Numbered from the stretch's first letter, positions 47,014-57,345 are shown. The stretch is DNA of 64,000 nucleotides from an uncultured Desulfobacteraceae bacterium (GCA_964418945.1 CAYQNR010000003.1:24125-88124), one strand, 5' to 3'. A program made the numbers and translations. The notes: generated by a model from the letters alone, not told the origin.

Positions 47014-48042
47014 TCACACGCCTATTACATAGCAGGCCAATCCTATCAATAGACCTACGATAAAATTAATAATCTTGACAAATACAAAACCTCTCTTTGA
47101 CTCCGCAAGCAACGGAAGCATTCCATGCCCATCCTGCACGATAGAGCTCGCCAGAAGGACACCAAAGGGAATCGTCCCTCCTGCAAACATGGTTACCAGT
47201 ATCATATGGGGCCCTGACTCCGGAATAAGCCCGATAAGGCAACCAATCACCATAATTGTCAAGTAATTTGCCTCTATCCAGGAACCGATCTCTAGATAAT
47301 CAAGCAAGACATGCATTAGCAGCATGGCGCCGAATGTCCACAAAAATACCCTGGGCACATGGACCTTTACTATATGTTGCCAGAGGTGTTCTTCCAGAAA
47401 ATGTTCAGGCACAGTGGACACGATAAAAAGGGCCAGCAATGAACCTATAAGGAATGTTATCTTTATCCAGTTCCATGCATGGGGTCCTAATTGACCGGCC
47501 AGTAATCCCAAGATGAATAGTGTCAGGACAATTATCAATAATCCGCGTTGAAGGGTCAGATCCTTTAACTGGGTCAATACCTCACCCTTCGGAAAACAGA
47601 CGCATTCATCCTCATCACCATGAAAGGCCAGTTCTCCACCCAAATTTTTTACTATTATTGAGCCCGGCTTAAATATCATATCCGTCACGAGGCCGGCGGC
47701 AATCGCTACTAAAAATTGTATGAGGAATATAAGCAATGACTTTTCCGGAAACAACGAAAGCATCACATAGGCTTCATCACCGCTGGTTGCAATCATCACC
47801 GTCACCAATGCGCCGACACTGACAATCTTGTGTGCATACAGAGCGACAACCGTAAATGCTCCCAGACAGCCGGGTATAACACCGAGGAAGGCGGACAAGA
47901 TATACTGACCCCATCTTGATTTTTGCAGTGAAGTCTGCCAACTTCCCTTGGTCTGTACATTAATATACTCGATGGCGAGCATCATCACAAAAACAAAGCC
48001 GGTAATCATCAAGGCCTGTTTGAGGGATTCAATAATCATCAC
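47014..48042 (-). CDS. putative metal transporter (DUF2899-like)
   Basis: GVIPGC.G, ATSGDEA, GLIPESGPH, QDGH.MLPL; about 10 TM segments. Confidence 0.7.
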   Translation of the reverse strand: MMIIESLKQALMITGFVFVMMLAIEYINVQTKGSWQTSLQKSRWGQYILSAFLGVIPGCLGAFTVVALYAHKIVSVGALVTVMIATSGDEAYVMLSLFPEKSLLIFLIQFLVAIAAGLVTDMIFKPGSIIVKNLGGELAFHGDEDECVCFPKGEVLTQLKDLTLQRGLLIIVLTLFILGLLAGQLGPHAWNWIKITFLIGSLLALFIVSTVPEHFLEEHLWQHIVKVHVPRVFLWTFGAMLLMHVLLDYLEIGSWIEANYLTIMVIGCLIGLIPESGPHMILVTMFAGGTIPFGVLLASSIVQDGHGMLPLLAESKRGFVFVKIINFIVGLLIGLACYVIGV

Positions 48043-48138
48043 GAGATCCTATAATTAATCTGTAGGTGTCAGCGTCTTTCCGGATGGAGCCTATTCAGCT
48101 AGCTCTTTCTTTTATAGATCTTTTTCCAGGCCAATTCT

Positions 48139-48786
48139 TTATAATAATTGAGCCTGTTCAATAAGCAGGGACTTGAATCTATCCAGGGAGATAGGATACC
48201 CTTGCATAGGGATACTCATCCAGTCGGAATATTCAAGGAATTCTTCCGGCTTTTCCGCCATATACTTGTCAACGTAACCAATGGCATCCAATACTATGGC
48301 CCCTCCGGTATGCTTGGGAAAGTTCTCGTTGGCCAGACCCTGGTCCCAGCCCTTGAAGACGTGGTGGCGGAACTTGATCCATCCCGGGGTCATCCACCAT
48401 ACCTTTTCCCCTCCCGCCACCTCCTGTGCGATCTTTTCCCGTTCCGTCTCGCTCGCCAGCATGTCCATGCAGTGCGTGGCATCTACCCTTGCCACACCCC
48501 CTCCCTGCTCTTCGATGATTTCACTCATGGTTCTCGTGGGCTTGTCGGCATTAACATAACAAAACTTCCCTCCATAGACCACGAGCACTTTGTCTACCTT
48601 TCCCTTGGCCTTTTCTATCCGGTCCATGAGCTGACGTTCCAGTTCGCGGGGATCCTCATGAAGACCTGGTGTCGTGTAAAACAGGTGGTTGGTGTCCAGG
48701 AAACCCTGTTCTTTCAGATAGTTCAATTCCAAGCTCAGGGTGCCACAGGAAACAACCGCAATATCGGAAAAAGTTATATTATTCAT
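48139..48786 (-). CDS. DUF1638-domain protein
   Basis: IAVVSCG.L..E, PGLH..P..L, YG..C, ATHC.DML, TPGW. Confidence 0.75.
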   Translation of the reverse strand: MNNITFSDIAVVSCGTLSLELNYLKEQGFLDTNHLFYTTPGLHEDPRELERQLMDRIEKAKGKVDKVLVVYGGKFCYVNADKPTRTMSEIIEEQGGGVARVDATHCMDMLASETEREKIAQEVAGGEKVWWMTPGWIKFRHHVFKGWDQGLANENFPKHTGGAIVLDAIGYVDKYMAEKPEEFLEYSDWMSIPMQGYPISLDRFKSLLIEQAQLL

Positions 48787-48847
48787 GGAGCACCTCCTTT
48801 AAAAATAACGGGATATCTTCTTAGAGAACTCTGAATTATATAGCCGC

Positions 48848-49888
48848 TCAACACCCTTGAAGGGCCCTGAGCTTTAGGATGCCGCAAACATTATCATCGA
48901 CTGAAAGATTGAGGGTCCTGAGATATTCCATGGTGATTTTCGCTTCTATGCTTTCATCGCCCACCTCTACTTCTATTATGGCCATACCCTCGGACTCCCT
49001 GACCTTTTTAATCCTGCCTTGAAACCTGTTTACCGGCGGACCCGGGGGGGTAAGATTGGATATAAATACCTCTCGGGGGCTTATGGCGACTCTCTCAAAG
49101 GGCTTCCCCTCATCCGGAACAACAAAGCTATGACCCGCCCACTCCACCTCGATTAAACCGTTACCGGTCTCCCTGTGATTGCTGACAAACAGGATGTTGG
49201 TCTTTTCCAGAAAAGATTCCTCCGCGGGATCGGCACTCAGCCAGAGGTCATCAGGCTTTACAACCTGGATCAGCCTTCCGTCATTGAGCACGCCTACTCG
49301 ATCCGCCAATTCCGCGGCCTCCCTCATATTATGTGTCACAAACAGGGCGTTAAACCCCAGCAGTTTTTGAAGACGCTTGAATTCCAGGCGCAGATATCTG
49401 GCAATTCGAAAATCCAGGCTGCTGAATGGTTCGTCCAGGAGAAGGATTTCAGGAGAGCTTGCCAGGGCCCTGGCCAATGCTACCCTCTGCTTTTCTCCTC
49501 CGCTTAACTCATGGGGGAAACGCCTGACCAGCGGAGCAATCCCCATCAGTTCAAGGAGTTCCGCCGCCCGTTCCATCTTTCGTCTCTTCCCCGCCGTCTC
49601 CCGTCCCATAGCAATAATTAGATTTCCTTCCACTGTGAGGTGAGGGAAAAGCAGCAGGTCCTGGAAAAGGTATCCCATACCTCGTTTATAGGGAGGGACC
49701 CCGTCCAGGGGCCTGGCGTCGGAAAATATCCGACCCGAGTAGGGGGCAAGGCCGGCCAGCACCTGTAACAGGGTGGTCTTACCCGCACCCGACGGCCCCA
49801 CCAGCGCGAAGATCTCTCCATCATTAATATCAAAGGATATATCTTTCAGGATCAGGTTCCGTACATTGACCAGGGAGATAACGGCCAT
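48848..49888 (-). CDS. modC: molybdate/tungstate ABC transporter ATP-binding subunit
   Basis: GPSGAGKT, LSGGEKQR, LLLDEP, VTH, C-terminal TOBE domain. Confidence 0.85.
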   Translation of the reverse strand: MAVISLVNVRNLILKDISFDINDGEIFALVGPSGAGKTTLLQVLAGLAPYSGRIFSDARPLDGVPPYKRGMGYLFQDLLLFPHLTVEGNLIIAMGRETAGKRRKMERAAELLELMGIAPLVRRFPHELSGGEKQRVALARALASSPEILLLDEPFSSLDFRIARYLRLEFKRLQKLLGFNALFVTHNMREAAELADRVGVLNDGRLIQVVKPDDLWLSADPAEESFLEKTNILFVSNHRETGNGLIEVEWAGHSFVVPDEGKPFERVAISPREVFISNLTPPGPPVNRFQGRIKKVRESEGMAIIEVEVGDESIEAKITMEYLRTLNLSVDDNVCGILKLRALQGC

Positions 49889-50691
49889 TACTCTATCCCT
49901 TTCATCGGCAGTTCACGCCTGTGATTATTGCCGATCTGTTTGAGTATAAGGAGGATAATTAAACCCATCGCGATCAATAAAAGGGCACAGGAAAGGGCGA
50001 TACCCAGTTCACCGCTTGAAATGTTAAGAAAAACCGCGATAGGAAGGGTCTCTGTCTTCATCCTGGTGGCGCCGGCCACCATAAGTGTGGCTCCGAATTC
50101 TCCGATGGCCCTGGCCCAGGCCAGTACGATCCCGGACAGTATGCCTTGCCTTGCCATAGGAAGGGTCACCCTGAAAAAGGTCCGAAATGGTCTGAGTCCC
50201 AGGGTCTGGGCCGCCCATTCATAACGTGGACTGACCTCCTCAAAGGCCGCCTTGCTGCTCCTGGCCACGATAGGAGCGGCAATAAACGCCTGGGCAATGA
50301 CAGCCCCCCAGGGAGAGAATATAAAATTTATGCCTACACGGGCGAGATATTTACCCAGATAGGTTTGACCGAAAAGCAGGAGCAGTCCCACTCCGGCCAC
50401 AAGGGGAGTCATGACAAGTGGTATGTCAATAAGGGTGTCCAGTATGACCTTACCCCGAAAGTTCCTCCTAGCCAGAAGATATCCAGAAGGAAGGCCCAGG
50501 ATTAAGGCTATTATTATGGCGGCAAGTGAGGTCCAGAGACTCAGGCGAAGTGCAAAGAGGACCTCCGGGGAACTTATAGCGTCTCCCAGTTCTTTGAAGG
50601 AAATGCGGAAGATAAGGGCAAACAGCACCCCCGCCACGAGAAGGGCCAGGAGGAAAAGGGCTATGAAACAGAGGCGATGCAACCCTTTCAT
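49888..50691 (-). CDS. modB: molybdate ABC transporter permease
   Basis: DIPLV.TP.VAG..LL, WARAIGEFGAT. Confidence 0.88.
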   Translation of the reverse strand: MKGLHRLCFIALFLLALLVAGVLFALIFRISFKELGDAISSPEVLFALRLSLWTSLAAIIIALILGLPSGYLLARRNFRGKVILDTLIDIPLVMTPLVAGVGLLLLFGQTYLGKYLARVGINFIFSPWGAVIAQAFIAAPIVARSSKAAFEEVSPRYEWAAQTLGLRPFRTFFRVTLPMARQGILSGIVLAWARAIGEFGATLMVAGATRMKTETLPIAVFLNISSGELGIALSCALLLIAMGLIILLILKQIGNNHRRELPMKGIE

Positions 50692-50705
50692 ATTAAACCG
50701 ACCTT

Positions 50706-51536
50706 TTATCTTTCCGCCCCGTCAAGATGCAAGAAGCCGAAATGCCGAAAGACCTCTATAGCGTTCTCGCTGCCCATGAAATCACGAAACCTTATGACCT
50801 CGGGCCTGTCGGCGGCCTTCTTCAGTAGGGCTATAGCAATGATCTCGGCTTCAAAATATTCTTCCGGTACGGGGATAATCTTTATCCTGTCTTGGTATTG
50901 AATTGCGTCCGCGCGACCGATAATGGAAGCGTCCGCGTCTCCCTGCGCCACGTACAGGGCCATTTGTTTACTCGTGGCACCATAGACTACCACATTCTTC
51001 ACGATCTCGTCCTTTATCTTTGACTTTTCCAGTATCTCCATGGCCACCCTGCCGAAGGCCATTGCCTCGGGATCGCCCAGGGCAAGTCGCACCCCGGGCC
51101 GGGCCAGGTCCTGGAAGGAACTGATCAAGTGAGCCTTGCCGCGGTTCACGCCTATCACAGGCGTGTGATACGCGATTATGCTAAAAGAATCAACCAGGCC
51201 CTCCTGTTCAAGCCTCTTAATATAATAAAAGGACCCCGGCATGAACAGGTCGCCATGACCGGAGGCTATGATACGCGCCAGTAGATTGCCGGCGCCCGCG
51301 TAATCTACAATGACCCTGCATCCGGTCTGTTCCCGGAATAAATCGATCAATTGATCCACTGGCTGGCGAAGCCCGGCGCCCGCGAGCAGATGTATATCTT
51401 CGCACCTGGCTTCCCCTCCCGGCCGGGATAAACCCAGTAGAGACAGAAAAGAGAAAAACAATATAAATATCTTAATATTACTTCTTATCATCAGCCCTGC
51501 CGGAACGAAAAAAAGCAGCATTTTTTCAAAAGACAA
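50706..51536 (-). CDS. modA: molybdate ABC transporter substrate-binding protein
   Basis: AGAGL, YAGAGNL, DLF.PG, GDP.....GR. Confidence 0.85.
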   Translation of the reverse strand: MSFEKMLLFFVPAGLMIRSNIKIFILFFSFLSLLGLSRPGGEARCEDIHLLAGAGLRQPVDQLIDLFREQTGCRVIVDYAGAGNLLARIIASGHGDLFMPGSFYYIKRLEQEGLVDSFSIIAYHTPVIGVNRGKAHLISSFQDLARPGVRLALGDPEAMAFGRVAMEILEKSKIKDEIVKNVVVYGATSKQMALYVAQGDADASIIGRADAIQYQDRIKIIPVPEEYFEAEIIAIALLKKAADRPEVIRFRDFMGSENAIEVFRHFGFLHLDGAER

Positions 51537-51548
51537 GTTCCCAAATCT

Positions 51549-52295
51549 TTACTTGCTCTTTTCACAGAACCTATCCCACCCCATCAGGCAAGCTGCACCC
51601 GCTATGGTGGTCCCGTAAAAGATTACGGGTTTGCCGCCCAGAAACTTTTCTATGGTGCCGTTTACAAGGGTGGTACCTGTTACCAGCAGGATATCAGCCC
51701 ATCTCACAGCATCATTGGTGGCCTCCGGAGCCTCAATATCCACCCCGAATTTTCGGGCGCCTATGTTATCAGTATCCATATCAATAAGGCGAAAAGGGAA
51801 ATGGGGCGCCAGATATTCCACCATGCGGGGCTGGAATCCGATCTGCAGAACCCTTTTCATCCCATAACGGTCATCTATGTAAGCCCTCAGCACCTCCGCG
51901 CACCGGGCGGGCTCATTGTCACGGCAATGGATCGTCTTGTCGGCCACCCCCATATACCGTAATACCGCGTTCAGGGTGGCCACGAACACGGCCCTCCTGT
52001 AATTGTTTTCAAGGGGCATCTCCAGTATCTCCTGGAGTGTCCCTTCAAAATCCCCGTATTGGTCGGTAAATGCCTGTCCCAGAGCATGATTAAAATCCGC
52101 CTGCATGAGCTTCTCATTACCTTTCTGCAAAGGGAAATCATCCTCTTCAGGGTTGCCGATCGCTTCTTCAGTGCTCAGGGGACGGGCCTTTACCCACACC
52201 TTCTGGTCCAGGAGGTCCTTTCCCTGCAATAAGCTGCGAGTGCGTCTTTTTATTTCCTTAAAAACATCATCCGACACTCCACGACCTCCGATCAC
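51549..52295 (-). CDS. DUF364-like Rossmann-fold protein
   Basis: RA...A.LNA, IGFQP, TGTTLVNGT, YGTT. Confidence 0.75.
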   Translation of the reverse strand: MIGGRGVSDDVFKEIKRRTRSLLQGKDLLDQKVWVKARPLSTEEAIGNPEEDDFPLQKGNEKLMQADFNHALGQAFTDQYGDFEGTLQEILEMPLENNYRRAVFVATLNAVLRYMGVADKTIHCRDNEPARCAEVLRAYIDDRYGMKRVLQIGFQPRMVEYLAPHFPFRLIDMDTDNIGARKFGVDIEAPEATNDAVRWADILLVTGTTLVNGTIEKFLGGKPVIFYGTTIAGAACLMGWDRFCEKSK

Positions 52296-52344
52296 TCTTC
52301 ATCAATGTTCCACGGTCTCGACAGCCATTTTGCTCATAGGCCTC

Positions 52345-53181
52345 TCATAACAGCTTAAACTGACTGCCGGCATTATTCAGGAAGAACATATCTCCAAATT
52401 CCTTTGCCAGCCACGCTGCAGCCTCGAAACCAGTGCAATGGGAAACCCCTATCCTCTGCACCCCAATTCTTCTCAGATCCGTCACAGTCCGGGTCAGTCT
52501 TTCATGGGTGGCACTTATCAGATGGGTTCCACCCATAACGCAATAGACCTGTTCATCCCCTGTGATTTTCTGGAAATGGCGGATGGTATTGATCATTCCC
52601 CGATGTGCACACCCCAGTATTATTATCAGGCCTTTATCGGTCCTGATTGCCATGGCAAGATCGTCGGGCAGATCGTCAGGAACTAGATTCCCATCTTTCT
52701 TTACATACATTGAACGGTCAACATCTTCATACCCGGTTGTTAAGGATATCTCTCCCGAGGTAACCACATTACGGGTAATCCACACCGGCTCCTTACTCAT
52801 GCTGAATCGTGCTCCCAGACTCTCCAGTTCCTCCCTGCAAAAAGGGATGCCTATATATCTGGCCCTGTTCTCCCGAACAGCATATTTAGCCTCCCAAACA
52901 GCCGGGTGCGATATGATATCAAAGCCATGAGTACCCCTTAAAACACCCCTTAATCCACCTGTATGATCATAATGTCCATGGCTGAGTACTATCCTGTCGA
53001 TCATTCTAAAATCAACACCGAGGAGTTTTGCGTTATACACCGTGGAGGTACCAGGGCCGGTATCAAGTAGTATCCGCTGGCCCTCCACCTCTATCATTAT
53101 ACTCAAACCCCATTCGGCTATAAACCCAGGGTTCGCGGTATTCTCGACCAATGTTGTAATACTGACCTCCATTAATGACAC
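52345..53181 (-). CDS. MBL-fold metallo-hydrolase (COG1237-like)
   Basis: LVEN, EWGLS, LLDTG, SHGHYDHTGG, DD, GCAHRG, GGTH, HCTG. Confidence 0.9.
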   Translation of the reverse strand: MSLMEVSITTLVENTANPGFIAEWGLSIMIEVEGQRILLDTGPGTSTVYNAKLLGVDFRMIDRIVLSHGHYDHTGGLRGVLRGTHGFDIISHPAVWEAKYAVRENRARYIGIPFCREELESLGARFSMSKEPVWITRNVVTSGEISLTTGYEDVDRSMYVKKDGNLVPDDLPDDLAMAIRTDKGLIIILGCAHRGMINTIRHFQKITGDEQVYCVMGGTHLISATHERLTRTVTDLRRIGVQRIGVSHCTGFEAAAWLAKEFGDMFFLNNAGSQFKLL

Positions 53182-53191
53182 CTCCCTAAGA

Positions 53192-53917
53192 CTATCTTTT
53201 TAACATGGTCAGTCTCCGGATCCCTTTTATCTGTCTGAAATTGGCGCCCTGGCTTACACATCTTAACGCGATCTCGCTGTTTATCACCTTTGTGCCGGAA
53301 ATGGCGTCCACCCCATAGTCGAACAGGACCGGTGATAAGGGGGCAGAATCACCGAGAACAACCACGAATGCCCGCGGGTCACAGAGTTCCAGCAGGGATT
53401 CCATAGTATGATTGGTCAGGGCGGTCCCTGTGATCCCCACAACATGGGCATTAGGAAGCAGATTACCTCTATCTCCTTCCAAAAAATCCCCCTGACGTGG
53501 GTTTTTTTCAATGACCCAGAGTTCCTTCGCGGTTTCACGGAGATCGGGTATAAACGGGAAATGCCCGATGATGGCCACCCTCTTTCCTTTACCCTTGTCA
53601 GTTATGAGGTCCTGGGCGTTAAGCTCCAGGCAGTTTTTCTCTTCTACCTCCAGCAGGGAATTTATTGTGGCCATGCCGATAGCCGCCTCAAGAAGCCTGT
53701 CGGAATAGGCCATCCGCGCCAATTCAGATACATCTATATCCAGCAGAGAGCCGGGTTGTCTTACCAGGGGCGGGTCTTCTCTCAGGGCGTCTCTTGGGAG
53801 AGTTGCAGCCAAACCACAATAACGGGTAAGAACTCCGGTGTGAAATACTCCCTGGCGGATATCCTTAACGGTTGTTTTAGAATCCAATAATGAAATCAGG
53901 TCTTCAAGAATTTTCAT
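53192..53917 (-). CDS. DUF364 (with DUF4213) Rossmann-like protein
   Basis: AIGMATINS, IGHFP, ITGTAL.NHT, LG.SAPL. Confidence 0.85.
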   Translation of the reverse strand: MKILEDLISLLDSKTTVKDIRQGVFHTGVLTRYCGLAATLPRDALREDPPLVRQPGSLLDIDVSELARMAYSDRLLEAAIGMATINSLLEVEEKNCLELNAQDLITDKGKGKRVAIIGHFPFIPDLRETAKELWVIEKNPRQGDFLEGDRGNLLPNAHVVGITGTALTNHTMESLLELCDPRAFVVVLGDSAPLSPVLFDYGVDAISGTKVINSEIALRCVSQGANFRQIKGIRRLTMLKR

Positions 53918-53970
53918 GTATCCCCAAACTTGCAATGAATAAAAAGGTTATTGAGCCGTGTACAGCGAGC

Positions 53971-54000
53971 GAAGAGCAAGATTACCTGCTCTTCTTTATT
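53971..54000 (+). terminator. possible intrinsic terminator hairpin
   Basis: GAAGAGCA-agattacc-TGCTCTTC followed by TTTATT; orientation opposite to the local genes. Confidence 0.3.
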
Positions 54001-54208
54001 CAAATCCCTAATACGTGTTTACAGGCAGCCGGGCTGATACATACAGATGTAAATAGACAGGTGACAGGGCTTTCCAGATTAATTAAAATAGCAAAGCCCT
54101 TAAAAAGCTTTGCTATCTTTGTCAAAACAAAACCCTGTTCTCCTGATCAAGTTAATCGTCGCCGATAATTCCCATCAAGATGCTTTTCTGAAAGACAGGA
54201 TCCTTGCA

Positions 54209-54655
54209 TCAACTTTTTCTATTCCCTCTTTCCTTAATCATATAATCACTCAGGGCCTCTTGGAGCGTCTCAGCGGAAAGGAATGCGCAATGTCCATCCT
54301 CTTTTGGCAGTCCCCCCAGCTTTTTCAGTATGGCCTCGCCTGTTATATCTATTAGTTCGTCCGGGCTCTTGCCCAAGGCCATCTCAGCAGCAAATGACCC
54401 GCAGACATGACTTGATCCGCAACCGTCCGTCTGGTATAAGGCCTCCCGGACACGTTCGTCTTCAAACTTTAAAAACATCTCTATGGTGTCTCCGCATGTC
54501 CCTGTTACTCTAGCGTATCCGTCAGGATCATCCATGGTTCCCATATAAAGAGGATTCAACCAACGTTCAAAAGCCAGCATGCCATAGGCCTTTCTGGTCT
54601 CTTCGTAAATCTGCTCCTGTAATTCTTGAACAAAGTCATCAAAGTCGTTGTCCAT
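54209..54655 (-). CDS. NifU/IscU-like Fe-S scaffold protein
   Basis: GTCGD, DGCG....C, HCA; GAGG RBS before ATG 54655. Confidence 0.88.
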   Translation of the reverse strand: MDNDFDDFVQELQEQIYEETRKAYGMLAFERWLNPLYMGTMDDPDGYARVTGTCGDTIEMFLKFEDERVREALYQTDGCGSSHVCGSFAAEMALGKSPDELIDITGEAILKKLGGLPKEDGHCAFLSAETLQEALSDYMIKERGNRKS

Positions 54656-54810
54656 ATATTTCCTCACTCCTGCATTACCTATAAGCTCATTGTTAAAACC
54701 ATTCTCAACCATAATCATATGTGCCGGATATATCTCCAGTCCGGATTATTCGTCAGTATTTCACCCGGCTTTTCCGCATTGCTGTAAGGAAATACCTGAG
54801 ATAAATCCTC

Positions 54811-56058
54811 CTAATGGTCACATAGATTATCACCACTTTCCAGGGTGTTTGACAGATATTGGCTAACCAACGACTCCGGAGACTCCATAGGGGCACCTAT
54901 TATGACCTTGATGCCGTTCTGTTCGAAAAGATGCCGGGCGCTTTCCCCCATGCCTCCTGCTATAATAATATCCGCTCCCTGCTCATGAAGCCACCTGGGT
55001 AAAACACCGGGTTGATGGGCGGGAGGTGTATGAGACGATTTACTTTTAATCGTTCCATTTTCTGTTTCAATCAACACAAACTGTTTACAATGCCCAAAAT
55101 GTTCACATAGCTTCCCTTCTTCTGCGGGTACTGCAATAACCACTTTATCATTTGTGGTAGCTTCGCCTTTTTCTTCATCCTTATCTTGTTGCTGGATGCT
55201 TGTAGAATCTCTTTTTACAGCAAGTTCTTCAATTTGATCAACTAATTTTTGAAATTCTTCGGTAAAAGGAAGATCTTCTTTATCAAGACATGATAGATCC
55301 CCCATATCCCCTTTCTTTACAACCTCCGGTTCTATGGGCAGGCTGGCAAGAAGCCTTAAGCCTTCCTTTTTTGCCATCAACTGGCCCCCGTCGCTCCTGA
55401 AAAGGTCAATAATCTTTCCGCAGTAAGGACACTTCAGCCCGCTCATATTTTCCACAATCCCCAGTATCCGCATTTTAACCTCACGGCAAAAATTTATTGA
55501 CTTTCGGACGTCCGCCAGGGATACCTCCTGTGGGGTTGTTACTATCACAGCGCTGGCGTCGGGGATGGTTTGTGCCACCGTGAGAGGTTCATCTCCTGTT
55601 CCCGGAGGCGAATCAATAATCAGATAATCAAGATCAGACCATTCAATATCCGAAATGAACTGTCTGATGACTCCTATCTTAAGGGGCCCCCGCCATATAG
55701 TGGCGGTGTCCTTGTTTTCACCCATCAGGACCTCGATGGATATAACATGCAGGTTAGGCAATACCTCCACGGGAATTGCTTTTCCCGGAACGGATGAGGG
55801 CTGAAGGTTTCCTTTCATACCAAGCATTCGCGGTATGCTCGGACCATGCAGGTCCACATCCATAAGCCCTATCTTTTTGCCCCTTCTAGCCAAAGCTACC
55901 GAAAGATATGTTGCGACACTACTCTTTCCAACACCTCCCTTACCGCTCAAGATAAGGATCTTGTTGTCAATATGATGCAATCTGTCTTCAATTTCAACAT
56001 TCTGGAGTTTATTTTGCTCCTCCCTGCTCAACCCTCCACTCTCTGTTCCTGTAGACAT
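54811..56058 (-). CDS. Mrp/NBP35 Fe-S carrier ATPase with C-terminal NifB/NifX domain (MrpORP-like)
   Basis: SGKGGVGKS, DVDLHGPS, WRGP, DSPPGTGD, ENMSG..CP.C; then HFGHC, GGMG. Confidence 0.92.
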   Translation of the reverse strand: MSTGTESGGLSREEQNKLQNVEIEDRLHHIDNKILILSGKGGVGKSSVATYLSVALARRGKKIGLMDVDLHGPSIPRMLGMKGNLQPSSVPGKAIPVEVLPNLHVISIEVLMGENKDTATIWRGPLKIGVIRQFISDIEWSDLDYLIIDSPPGTGDEPLTVAQTIPDASAVIVTTPQEVSLADVRKSINFCREVKMRILGIVENMSGLKCPYCGKIIDLFRSDGGQLMAKKEGLRLLASLPIEPEVVKKGDMGDLSCLDKEDLPFTEEFQKLVDQIEELAVKRDSTSIQQQDKDEEKGEATTNDKVVIAVPAEEGKLCEHFGHCKQFVLIETENGTIKSKSSHTPPAHQPGVLPRWLHEQGADIIIAGGMGESARHLFEQNGIKVIIGAPMESPESLVSQYLSNTLESGDNLCDH

Positions 56059-56204
56059 TACTAAGTCTCCTCCTTATTTATTGACTTCCATGAATCCCAA
56101 CAATTAAAAGTCTCAAGGCCGTATCAAAGACACGCGTAACCTCTTCTTCCCATATAGAAATAGCCATCTTCATGGAATTGGACCCTTCTCACCTTTTTCA
56201 GGGC

Positions 56205-56891
56205 CTATTCTAAATCATCCTTTTCCAGGCTTTTTATTTTTTCTTCAATCTCTTCCATTTGCTTTAATAATTCCACGGACTGTTTTTTAAGAAGATCCAA
56301 TTCCTGATCCTTTGAAATATTCCTTTGGGAAAACTCCTCTGGTCTATTTCCACCTGCCTTGCCTGTTCCCAAGCCCATGCCCATACCTCGACCGCCGCCC
56401 ATGCCCATACCGCGACCCATGCCACCGCCGCCGCCCATACCCATACCTCGGCCCATACCAGGACCGCGAGTTGAGAATTGAGCAGGCCCTGTGTTTGCAA
56501 ACCCCTGTCCGGATGAAATGTCTCCACCCTTGATACCAAAATGATCAGGCACATTGGCTCCGGCCGCCGCTTCCAGCTCGTTATTTTTCATCCTTTCCAC
56601 AGCCTCTCTCACCGTACCTGATTGGCCTACAAATATCTTTATCCCCGCAGCCCCCAAGGTTCTGTCTGCATTGGGACCGCAGTTACCGGTAACTACAGCC
56701 TGAACACCTTTGGAGGCAACAAACTGAGCGGACTGTATCCCGGCTCCGCCACCAAGTAAAGCACTTTCATTTTCAAAGGCCTCACCTTTCATATCATCAG
56801 TATCACATATTATAAAATATGCGCATCTCCCGAAACGGGGATCAACTTGTGAATCAAGGTCTTTCCCACTCGAACTGACCGCAACTCTCAT
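56205..56891 (-). CDS. NifB/NifX-family protein with GMGRG repeats and coiled-coil tail
   Basis: MRVAVSS, RFGRC, GGAGIQ, TGNCGPNA; GMGRGMGMGGGGGMGRGMGMGGGRGMGMG. Confidence 0.9.
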   Translation of the reverse strand: MRVAVSSSGKDLDSQVDPRFGRCAYFIICDTDDMKGEAFENESALLGGGAGIQSAQFVASKGVQAVVTGNCGPNADRTLGAAGIKIFVGQSGTVREAVERMKNNELEAAAGANVPDHFGIKGGDISSGQGFANTGPAQFSTRGPGMGRGMGMGGGGGMGRGMGMGGGRGMGMGLGTGKAGGNRPEEFSQRNISKDQELDLLKKQSVELLKQMEEIEEKIKSLEKDDLE

Positions 56892-57345
56892 ATCCGTCCT
56901 CCTTATATTATTCTAAAGAAATTTAATAATCCTATAAAATTGTCTAAATTAGATATCCGACCAACATAAGCACATTTGCATCATGTCTGGCCGAATGATG
57001 TCTAGTATAACTATTATATTATATACTTTAATCAACCCTTGTACAAAAACAAGTCCGCACCACAAAGAGCATTGGCTGCCCCAATGGTGTAAAGGATTAT
57101 ATGTGTCTGATTAATAATAATCCAGCCCTATCAGATATATCTAAATAACCATAAGAACCAAACAGCATTTTGTCAATTATAACCATATTTTTTGTCTCCG
57201 GCCTGAACCCGGAATTGTCAAACAATGATGCATATCTTGCCTTAAAATAAACACAAAAGTAATATTTCTATAACGGACCAGGACTTACTCACTTGCGAGA
57301 CTAAAGAGGAACGGGTAATTTCCCGGATATTCAAGGATCAGGGTC

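Noticed and set aside
48148-48834. Long antisense or alternative-frame ORFs (this one, 939-1535, 5129-5764, 22967-23602 and others)
   Set aside because: They overlap well-supported genes on the opposite strand and have no motifs or RBS; typical shadow ORFs
53935-54208. Moco/Wco riboswitch upstream of the DUF364-mod genes
   Set aside because: Hairpins are present but I could not match the conserved Moco RNA motifs; an Rfam scan would settle it
56372-56462. Tandem DNA repeat as a separate element
   Set aside because: Explained by the encoded GMGRG low-complexity peptide of the NifB/NifX protein
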